A stretch of DNA of 64,000 nt from NCBI GenBank assembly GCA_040218735.1, contig JAVJQW010000067.1:32001-96000 (forward strand). Reading direction: 5' to 3'. Below the pieces are notes generated by a model. That model worked only from the letters and a program-made list of their open reading frames with translations. It did no database searches and was not told where the DNA came from. How positions within the stretch are numbered: position 1 is the stretch's first letter; every line of letters starts with the position of its first letter. This DNA comes from Deltaproteobacteria bacterium. GTDB lineage: Bacteria; Myxococcota; Kuafuiibacteriia; Kuafuiibacteriales; Kuafuiibacteriaceae. Shown piece after piece: positions 1 to 7,807 of this stretch. A program made the translations under genes and the position numbers.

Positions 1-1
1 C

Positions 2-370
2 CGCGAAGCCATCGCCTACGGCAACGAGCGCAAGGCGTTCGGTCGCCCGCTGATGAAGTTCCAGGTGTGGAAGCACAAACTCGTCGAGCACCTCACCGCG
101 ATCGAAGCGGCGCGGCGGCTGACGTACTTCGCCGTCGACAAGTTCAACAAGGACTCGTCCTCGGCGCAGCGTGAGATCACGATGGCGAAGCTGTTCGCCG
201 GCGACCTCGCCCAGAAGGTGCTCTACGACTGCATGCAGATGCACGGTGGGTTCGGCTACACGACGGAGTACCCGATCGGCCGCGCGTGGGCCGACGTCCG
301 CCTGATCACGATCGGCGGCGGCACCTCCGAGATCATGAAAGAGATCCTCACGAAGATGGAGGGGATGTGA
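2..370 (+). CDS. Acyl-CoA dehydrogenase, C-terminal part (truncated by the window edge)
   Basis: Frame is open from position 2: [17 protein letters not shown]...QMHGGFGY...[12 protein letters not shown], typical ACAD C-terminal motifs. Confidence 0.92.
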   Translation, partial: REAIAYGNERKAFGRPLMKFQVWKHKLVEHLTAIEAARRLTYFAVDKFNKDSSSAQREITMAKLFAGDLAQKVLYDCMQMHGGFGYTTEYPIGRAWADVRLITIGGGTSEIMKEILTKMEGM

Positions 371-1146
371 TGGGCACCGACGTTCGCACCGAGCTCGAAG
401 ACGGCGTCTTCACCGTCACGCTCGACCGCCCGCAGAAGAAGAACGCGCTCACGCTCGCGATGTACGAGGGCCTCGTCGACGCCTACACGAAGGCGTCCGA
501 GGACCCGGCGGTGCGTGTGGTCCTCCTTCGCGGCGAGGGCGGGACGTTCACGGCGGGCAACGACCTCATGGACTTCATGCAGGACCCGCCGAAGGACGAC
601 GACTCCCCGGTCGCGCGCTTCTTGAAGGTGCTCGTGTCGTTCGCGAAGCCGGCGGTCGCCGCGGTGGAGGGCCACGCGATCGGGCTCGGCTCGACGCTGC
701 TGCTCCACACGGACCTCGTCTACGCCGCGGCCGACGCGAAGTTCCGGCTGCCCTTCGTGAACCTCGGCCTCGTGCCGGAGGGCGCGTCGAGTTACCTCCT
801 CCCCCGCACCGCCGGGTGGCGCCTGACGGCGGAGCTGGTCTACTTCGGCGAGCCCTTCGACGCCGAGACCGCGCAGCGCGCCGGGCTGGTGAACCGGATC
901 GTCGCGCCGGGTGAGGTGGTCGCGGTCGCGACGGAGCGCGCGCAGGCGCTCGCGAAGAAGCCGATCGGCGCGCTGATGGACGCGAAGCGTTTGCTGCTCG
1001 CCGGCCAGCGCGACGCGACCGAGGGCGCCCTTCGCCGCGAGGGCGAGATCTTCACCTCGCGCCTCACCAGCCCGGAGGCGATGGAGGCGTTCACGGCGTT
1101 CTTCGAGCGCCGTGAACCGGACTTCACGAAGTTCCCAGCCGGCTGA
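370..1146 (+). CDS. Enoyl-CoA hydratase/isomerase (crotonase family)
   Basis: ATG at 370 overlaps the upstream TGA; motifs KKNAL, FTAGNDL, AVEGHAIGLG, PFVNLGLVPEG. Confidence 0.92.
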   Translation: MGTDVRTELEDGVFTVTLDRPQKKNALTLAMYEGLVDAYTKASEDPAVRVVLLRGEGGTFTAGNDLMDFMQDPPKDDDSPVARFLKVLVSFAKPAVAAVEGHAIGLGSTLLLHTDLVYAAADAKFRLPFVNLGLVPEGASSYLLPRTAGWRLTAELVYFGEPFDAETAQRAGLVNRIVAPGEVVAVATERAQALAKKPIGALMDAKRLLLAGQRDATEGALRREGEIFTSRLTSPEAMEAFTAFFERREPDFTKFPAG

Positions 1147-1277
1147 GGCACCCTCCGCCACCGCCTCTGCCGACCTATCACCCCCGCGCACAAACGACGC
1201 CGCGGCGACGGGCCGGGTTGCGACGGCGATTCGGTCCCGGCGACGGGCCGCGTTTGGGGCTTCCGTCTGTCGTCGCC

Positions 1278-3599
1278 TCAGCGGCGGCGTCGCAACCACA
1301 CCGCCGCGAACACCACCGCGATCCACGCGGGCGCCCGGCCGGGCGCCGTCGTGCACGACGCCGGCTCCGACGCCACGATCGGCGACGACGCCTGCAGCTC
1401 TACCTCCGCGACGCGCCCCGCTTCGTCCTCGGCGCGCACGACCAAGCGGCCCGGCGCGACGGACCACGCCACGAAGCCGTCCGCGTCCGGAACGACCTCG
1501 ACGACGCGCGTTTCATCTTCCACGAACACCCGAACTCGGTCGCGGCTGATGCGGTCCCGCGCGGCGATCGACAGACCGCCGTCCACGATCTCCGCGTTCA
1601 GCACCGGCGGTTCCGAGTCGATGTTCACGTGCAGCTTCACCCCGGAAGGGTCGAGCGTCGCCGACGCCCCCGGCACGCGCGAGCGCACCTCGATCGTGTG
1701 CCTGCCCTGGAGCAGGAACGCGGGCTCCGACACCACGCGCGTGGCGCCGCGTGTGAACGTCGACCACCAACCGCCGTCGACGCGGACCTGGTGCTCGTAC
1801 GCTTCGTCGAGCGCGAGCGTCACGCGCGGGAGCTGCGGGCCCTCCGCGTTCGTCACGGCGAACGCCGCGGTCTCGGGGATCGCGACGTCGACGATCGACG
1901 CCGTCGTGTGCGCCCGCTCCGCGAGGTTGCCCGTCCCCGGGGGCGCCAGCGCCGCGTAGACCATGACGTTCTCGTAGACCCCCGCGGCCTCCTCGGAGCG
2001 AATGCCCAGGATCTCGGTGTCGAGCCCCGGGACGCTCGGGAGGGCGATCGGGTCCTGCGGTCCCAGGATCTCGAATAACCCCAGCTGCACCAGCGTGGGG
2101 ATCGCCGACGCGATCGACGCGGGCGGATCCGTCAGCAGCTCCGAGTTCGTTACGCGCACGTTCGAGATCAGGTCCGCGAAGCCCGACCCGATCACCGGCA
2201 CCAGCTCCTGGTCCGGCGTCACCGTGACGCCGAGACCCAGGCTCACGTCCAACGCGATCGTCGCGACGCGCACGAAGCGCTCCTCGACCAGCACGTTGAG
2301 CTCGATCGTCAGGTCCCGCAGCGTGAGGACCACGAGGTTGTCCTCGGGGAGCATCGGCGCGCCGACGTCCGCGACCTTGCCGCTCCCGAGCGCCACCTCC
2401 GGCTCCGACGCCAGCCAGATCGACAGCCGCGCCGGCTTCTCCGACCACGGGAACAGGTGCCCGCGCGTGAGGAAACGGAGCGACGGGATGATCAGCTCCA
2501 GCGTCCCCGTGTTGAGGTCCGAGATGTCGCGCTCCGTCACCCGACCGCAGATGACGCCGGTCTGGTAGGTGCTCCACACGAGCTGATCGAGGTGCGCGCG
2601 CGACAACCCGAGCGCGATGTCGAACTCCGTCTCGCGGGTGCCGTCGAAGTCGAGGTCCGCGGTGTCTTCGCTCGGCAGCGCCGGCGGCGTCACGAAGGAC
2701 GCGCGCGTCCGCGGGCTCGGGGTCGGCGCCGCACAGCGCGCGTTCGCCGACACGGGACGCGCCGCCGCCTGGACGCCGAGCGTCACGCCGTTGGGATCCG
2801 CGTCGGATGCGCCGCCCACGCCGATCCAGGTGTCGACGTTCGTCGCGGCGCTCGTGCCGTACCCCGCGCTCGCGAACAGGGACGGCAGCTCGATGCGCTG
2901 GTCGAAGGTCAGCGGGTCGAGCAATACACGTTCCCCCGCGACGCAGTAGTGATTGTCGCGGCACGTCGCGCCCGACGCGCAGTCCGCGTCGACGTCACAG
3001 ACCTGCCCGAGGAGCCGCCCCACCGCCGTCCGTCCGAACGCGAGCGCGGGCGCCGCCGCCGCGTCGCCAATCGCCGTCGCGAGCGCCGCCGTCGAAGCGG
3101 AGCACGTGTCCTCCAGCGTCACCGTCGAGGCCGGGACGACCACGGAGGCCGCGACCACGTCCAACGCGAGCTGCGCCTCGGAGGCGGAACGTGGTGCGAG
3201 CTGCGCGTCGAACACCAGCTCCGCGGGCCCCGCCACGGACACGAGGCAGGCCACGTTCGGCGAGACGTCCACCGCGATCGGCGGGGACGTCAGCTGCGTG
3301 CCCATCGTGATGCGCACGCCGTCGGCGGTCGGCGCGAGCGCGAGCGTGTCGAACGCGCCGGCGATCGTGCAGCCGGGGCAGACGTCGACCGAGAAGGTCG
3401 GTGTCTCGCGGCGCACCTCAGCTTCGAGGAGCGCGGCCACTGTCGCGAGGCCGCGGTCGGTCGCGCGGACCTGCGCGGCGCGGTCGATGAGCTCGTTGTC
3501 GGCGAAGCCTCCCGGCACGCCGCCCACGCCCTGCACACACGCGCCGTCACACGCGCTCAGGAACAAACAGCCGACCAGCGCTCGCTTCCACCCCGCCAT
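1278..3599 (-). CDS. Large surface protein with N-terminal lipobox and C-terminal MYXO-CTERM-like sorting signal
   Basis: N-term FLSAC; C-term SCTTAPGRAPAWIAVVFAAVWLRRRR (Cys, hydrophobic helix, Arg tail); Cys-rich segment CDVDADCASGATC; Ig-like C-terminal region. Confidence 0.75.
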   Translation of the reverse strand: MAGWKRALVGCLFLSACDGACVQGVGGVPGGFADNELIDRAAQVRATDRGLATVAALLEAEVRRETPTFSVDVCPGCTIAGAFDTLALAPTADGVRITMGTQLTSPPIAVDVSPNVACLVSVAGPAELVFDAQLAPRSASEAQLALDVVAASVVVPASTVTLEDTCSASTAALATAIGDAAAAPALAFGRTAVGRLLGQVCDVDADCASGATCRDNHYCVAGERVLLDPLTFDQRIELPSLFASAGYGTSAATNVDTWIGVGGASDADPNGVTLGVQAAARPVSANARCAAPTPSPRTRASFVTPPALPSEDTADLDFDGTRETEFDIALGLSRAHLDQLVWSTYQTGVICGRVTERDISDLNTGTLELIIPSLRFLTRGHLFPWSEKPARLSIWLASEPEVALGSGKVADVGAPMLPEDNLVVLTLRDLTIELNVLVEERFVRVATIALDVSLGLGVTVTPDQELVPVIGSGFADLISNVRVTNSELLTDPPASIASAIPTLVQLGLFEILGPQDPIALPSVPGLDTEILGIRSEEAAGVYENVMVYAALAPPGTGNLAERAHTTASIVDVAIPETAAFAVTNAEGPQLPRVTLALDEAYEHQVRVDGGWWSTFTRGATRVVSEPAFLLQGRHTIEVRSRVPGASATLDPSGVKLHVNIDSEPPVLNAEIVDGGLSIAARDRISRDRVRVFVEDETRVVEVVPDADGFVAWSVAPGRLVVRAEDEAGRVAEVELQASSPIVASEPASCTTAPGRAPAWIAVVFAAVWLRRRR

Positions 3600-3655
3600 G
3601 CGCCACCAGTCTCGGCAGCGGCGAAAGGACCGTCAACCGGACCGATGTCGGCGGG

Positions 3656-5911
3656 TTACGGGCAACCCATCCCGGGCAGGATCACCTGGTTCGAGCCGCT
3701 CGACTCGTCGCACTCGTTGTGGTCGCCCGAGTTCGTGCCGCTGCCGTCGTCGTCGACGAGGATGTAGACGTCGCGCGGCGACATCGGCGGCGCCGGCCAG
3801 GTGGCGATGACGAATTCCCCCTCCCCGGGCGCCAGCGCCACCGACGTGGACCCCACCGCGAACGCGGGGTTCGAGGGGGCCGGCGCGCCGTCGTAGAACG
3901 CGACGCTCGTGAGCGGCGGAAGCTGAAGCGCGCCCCGGTTCTCGACCCACACGCCGAGCTGGTTGTTCGCGGGGCACTGCTTGATCGCGAGGGGCCCGTC
4001 CGCCACAGCGTCAGGCGCGGCGAGCGCGACGGAGCCACCGGTGCCCTGCAGGTTCGTGCGGTAGGTGTTGTAGATCAGCCAGCTCGACAGCTGCGGGTAC
4101 GGGACCGTGCCGGCGAGGTCGATGTTGGTGATGTGGTACGCGTGCTGGTTCCAGATCGTGCGCGTGGGCACCCAGTTGTCCTGCACGTCGCCGAAGACCC
4201 GCAGCCCGTTCCCCACCACGCTGCGCCCGAAGTTGTTCGCGCCGACGATGATCTCCGCGTTGCCGTCCCGGTCGACGTCCGCGATCACCGGGTACTCGTG
4301 CGCGGTCAGCGTCGGGTTCGGCGTGGACCACACCACCGCGGCGCTCGCCGTGCCGACGTACGAGTACACGAACAGGGTGTTCTCGTCGTTGTAGACGATC
4401 TCGGCCTGCCCATCGCCGTCGAAGTCGAACACCGACGAACCCGTGCGTGACGACGAGAACTCCTGGATCTCGTTCGACCACACCATCGCGCCGTTCGAGG
4501 CGTCGTACACCGTGTAACGCGTGCGCCCTGCGACACCGATCTCCGGCTCCGGATCCGCGTCGAAGTTCGCGACCGTCGGCGGACCGCCGGCGCCACCGCC
4601 CCGCACCGGGACGCGCCAAAGCTCGTCGCCGTTGGTGTCGATGCCGAAGACCTCACCCTGGGCGACCATCACGAACTCGGGCCGCAGGTCGGCGTCGATC
4701 TGAATCGCCGCCGTGAAGCCGTCCGGGCGCGAGGGGACGTCCCAGAAGATCGTGCCGTTCGCACGGTAGGCCGTCCGCCCCGCGACGACCTCGAGGGTGT
4801 TGTTGCCGTCGATGTCGACCGCAATCGACAGGCCACCGACCCCGTTGCTCCCGTGCCCTTGCGCCGCCGTCCCGCAGAAGCGCACGGCGCCGCTCGTCCC
4901 CTCCAGGACACAGCCGCCGCGGAGCACCTCGGGCCCGCCGCCGTCGAGGTCGGCGATCGCGACGCCGCCCCACAACGACTGGATCGGCCGGCACTCGGCC
5001 GTCGTGCACGCCCAGTACAGCGTGCCGTCGGAGCGCAGCGCGATGACGCCGCCGGTCCAGGCCTCCGTGACGATCTCCACGCGACCGTCACCGTCGAGGT
5101 CCGCCGCCGCGAGGTTGCCCGCGGGCGCGACGCGGCGCGCGACGCCGTCGGCGCTCCACAGCAGCGCGCCGTTGGCACCCGAGACCGCGCGGACGATCCC
5201 CGCCTGCAACTGGTGTTGCAGCGGCTGGCCCGCCGGGCCTGTGGTGTCGAAGCTGATGAAGACGACATCCGGGATGTCGTTGTCGTCCACGAGGTTGTCG
5301 CCGTTATCGTCCGTGAGGTTCACGACGATCGGCGTGCTCATCACCTGATCCTTGTTCGGTTCGACGGAGCCGGCGTTGGTCGTCCACGTCCACTCCGTCG
5401 TCGGCGAGAAGACCCGCGGCGGCGGCGTGTACGTGCAGTTCGGATCGCTGGGGCCGCCGCTGCGCGTGGTGGTCGGCGGGTCGCAGGCGTCGCCCATCCC
5501 GTCGAGGTCGCGGTCGAGCTGGTTCGGGTTCGCGACGTCGATGCAGTTGTCCTCGTCGTCGGGCACGCCGTCGCCGTCGCGATCGTTGTTGCCTGCGTCG
5601 CGGTCGCCGCCGTCGCGCATCATCATCGCGCCACCGTCGCGGTCACCGCCGTCGCGCATCGTGGTGTCGCCGCCGTCGCGCGGGCCGCCGTCGCGGATGA
5701 CGGAGCCGCCGTCGCGTGTGCCCGCGTCGGGGGTCCCGCCGTCGGGGGCTGCGCTCGGGTCGTAGCAGTCCCCGGAGACGCAGACGTTTTCACCGGGGCA
5801 GTCGCTGTCGACCTGGCAGGGGCCGGCGGGGGCTTCGCCGCAGTCGCAGCCGGCGAGCGCCCACACGAGCAGCACCGAGAAGGTACGCACACGTCTCATG
5901 TTTCTGCCCAT
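3656..5911 (-). CDS. FG-GAP/VCBS beta-propeller lipoprotein with thrombospondin type-3 Ca-binding repeat and CARDB-like tail
   Basis: Lipobox LAGC; DRDGDGVPDDEDNC...DGMGDACD; repeated ADLDGDG / FDFDGDG / ADVDRDG motifs; start could be ATG at 5899. Confidence 0.8.
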   Translation of the reverse strand: MGRNMRRVRTFSVLLVWALAGCDCGEAPAGPCQVDSDCPGENVCVSGDCYDPSAAPDGGTPDAGTRDGGSVIRDGGPRDGGDTTMRDGGDRDGGAMMMRDGGDRDAGNNDRDGDGVPDDEDNCIDVANPNQLDRDLDGMGDACDPPTTTRSGGPSDPNCTYTPPPRVFSPTTEWTWTTNAGSVEPNKDQVMSTPIVVNLTDDNGDNLVDDNDIPDVVFISFDTTGPAGQPLQHQLQAGIVRAVSGANGALLWSADGVARRVAPAGNLAAADLDGDGRVEIVTEAWTGGVIALRSDGTLYWACTTAECRPIQSLWGGVAIADLDGGGPEVLRGGCVLEGTSGAVRFCGTAAQGHGSNGVGGLSIAVDIDGNNTLEVVAGRTAYRANGTIFWDVPSRPDGFTAAIQIDADLRPEFVMVAQGEVFGIDTNGDELWRVPVRGGGAGGPPTVANFDADPEPEIGVAGRTRYTVYDASNGAMVWSNEIQEFSSSRTGSSVFDFDGDGQAEIVYNDENTLFVYSYVGTASAAVVWSTPNPTLTAHEYPVIADVDRDGNAEIIVGANNFGRSVVGNGLRVFGDVQDNWVPTRTIWNQHAYHITNIDLAGTVPYPQLSSWLIYNTYRTNLQGTGGSVALAAPDAVADGPLAIKQCPANNQLGVWVENRGALQLPPLTSVAFYDGAPAPSNPAFAVGSTSVALAPGEGEFVIATWPAPPMSPRDVYILVDDDGSGTNSGDHNECDESSGSNQVILPGMGCP
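5575..5748 (-). repeat. Coding low-complexity (R/P)DGG / DAG repeats forming a linker
   Basis: PDGG.PDAG.RDGG...RDGG.RDGG...RDGGDRDGG...RDGGDRDAG in the translation. Confidence 0.75.
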
Positions 5912-5960
5912 ACACGACCTGAGCGTCCCTGACAGCGGTCGATGAACCGACGAACGCGGC

Positions 5961-7652
5961 TCAGGTGTGGCGGGAGGGGCCTCCGAGGACCGGCTGGAGG
6001 ATGGCCGATATCCCCATGACCGCCCCGCAGCCGATCACGTTGTACCAGAGGAACCCGAGGGACGACCCGAGGAACAGCCCCACGACGATGACCTGGGCGA
6101 TGAGGGCCGCGACGAACACCGGGGTCGCGGTGACACGCTTCAGGAAGAACGCGACGAGGAACAGCCCGAGCACGGTCCCATAGAAGATCGACCCCAGGAT
6201 GTTCACGGCCTCGATCAGGTTGTCGAGGAGCGACGCAAAACTCGCGAAGGCGAGCGCGACCCCGCCCCACATCATCGTAAACAGCTTCGACGCCCGCAGC
6301 GCGTGGGCGTCGGACGCGTCGCGCTTGAAGATGCGTCGGTAGAGATCGATCGTCGTCGTCGACCCGAGCGCGTTGAGCTCGCTCGCCGTGCTGCTCATCG
6401 CCGCGGAGAGGATCACCGCCACCAGCAGCCCGACCAGCCCGACCGGCAGGTACTCGAGGACGAACGCGATGAACACGTAGTCGGCGTCCTTCGTCTCGGC
6501 TTCGGGGAGCGCCTCCGCCACGACCCGCTTCGCTTCGGCGCGCACCTCGGACAGCTCGGCACCGGCGGCGGCGAGCGCGGCCTTCTTGTCATCGACCGGG
6601 CCGCCCTCGTCGAGCGCCGCGACGTACCGCTCGGCGGCGACGCGCTGCACCTCGAAGGCGGCGTCGTACCGGGACTGGACGGTGGCCATCTGCTCCGCCC
6701 GCTCCGTCTCGTACACCGCCGCGAGCGTGGGCTCGTTGAAGAACACGGGCGGCTTCACGAAGACGTAGAACACGAACACGAGCACACCCGTGAACAGGAT
6801 CAGCGCCTGCATCGGGATCTTGAACATCCCGTTGAACAGGAGCCCGAGGCGGCTCTCCGTCACCGATCGCCCCGTGAGGTAGCGCTGCACCTGCGACTGG
6901 TCCGTGCCGAAGTACGACAGCGCGAGGAAGAAGCCGCCCGTGATCCCCGACCAGAAGCTGTAGCGATTCTCGAAGTCGAAGGAGAAGTCGACGACGTTCA
7001 TGCGCCCGAGCGCACCGGCGACCTTGACCGCGTTGGGCAGCGAGACGGTGTCCGAGAGGCGATGCCCGATCACGATTGCGGCGATCACCATGCCCGTCAT
7101 CATGACGACCATCTGGTGCTTCTGGGTCTGGCTGACCATCTTGGTCCCGCCCGACACCGTGTAGACGATCACCACGAGGCCGATCCCGAGGATCGTGAGC
7201 CGCAGCGACCATCCGAGGATCGAGCTCAGGATGATCGCCGGCGCGTAGATCGTGATCCCCGCGGCGAGCCCGCGCTGCACGAGGAACAGGATCGCGCCGA
7301 GGTAGCGGACCTTCGCGTCGAAGCGCCGCTCCAGGTACTCGTACGCGGTGTAGACCTTCAGCCTGTAGTAGATCGGGATGAAGACCGCGCTGATGACGAT
7401 CATCGCGAGCGGCAGCCCGAAGTAGAACTGCACGAAGCGCATCCCGTCTTCGTAGGCCTGGCCCGGCGTCGACAGGAACGTAATCGCGCTCGCCTGCGTC
7501 GCCATCACCGACAGCCCGATCGTCGGCCACGTCAGCGAGTTGCCGCCCTTCAGGTACCCGTCGATGTCCTTCGTGCCGCGGGTGCGCCACGCGCCGTAGC
7601 CGAGGATCGCGAGGATCGTCCCCACCAGCACACACCAGTCGAGCGTCGTCAC
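5961..7652 (-). CDS. Sodium:solute symporter (SSS/SLC5 family)
   Basis: GTG at 7652 overlaps the upstream TGA; many TM helices; SVMATQASAITF, GTDQSQVQRYL, AAMSSTASELNAL. Confidence 0.92.
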   Translation of the reverse strand: MTTLDWCVLVGTILAILGYGAWRTRGTKDIDGYLKGGNSLTWPTIGLSVMATQASAITFLSTPGQAYEDGMRFVQFYFGLPLAMIVISAVFIPIYYRLKVYTAYEYLERRFDAKVRYLGAILFLVQRGLAAGITIYAPAIILSSILGWSLRLTILGIGLVVIVYTVSGGTKMVSQTQKHQMVVMMTGMVIAAIVIGHRLSDTVSLPNAVKVAGALGRMNVVDFSFDFENRYSFWSGITGGFFLALSYFGTDQSQVQRYLTGRSVTESRLGLLFNGMFKIPMQALILFTGVLVFVFYVFVKPPVFFNEPTLAAVYETERAEQMATVQSRYDAAFEVQRVAAERYVAALDEGGPVDDKKAALAAAGAELSEVRAEAKRVVAEALPEAETKDADYVFIAFVLEYLPVGLVGLLVAVILSAAMSSTASELNALGSTTTIDLYRRIFKRDASDAHALRASKLFTMMWGGVALAFASFASLLDNLIEAVNILGSIFYGTVLGLFLVAFFLKRVTATPVFVAALIAQVIVVGLFLGSSLGFLWYNVIGCGAVMGISAILQPVLGGPSRHT

Positions 7653-7807
7653 GAGGCCCACCACGTGACGACCGCGAACCCGGCGACGAGGAGCGCGAGC
7701 TGCAGGACGAGGACGAGGTACACGTTCCGCCAGCGCCCGAGGATGGGCGGCGGCGCCTCGGGCGCGTCCTGTTCGCCCGGACCGCTCTGGGGATCGGCCT
7801 CCGTCAC
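7649..7807 (-). CDS. Small (52 aa) membrane protein, probable SSS-transporter accessory subunit
   Basis: MTEADPQSGPGEQDAPEAPPPILGRWRNVYLVLVLQLALLVAGFAVVTWWAS; GTGA overlaps with both neighbours. Confidence 0.7.
   Translation of the reverse strand: MTEADPQSGPGEQDAPEAPPPILGRWRNVYLVLVLQLALLVAGFAVVTWWAS

Noticed and set aside
1147-1277. Short direct repeat CGGCGACGGGCCG (two copies) between convergent genes
   Set aside because: Only 13 bp, nearly all G/C and two copies; compatible with chance.
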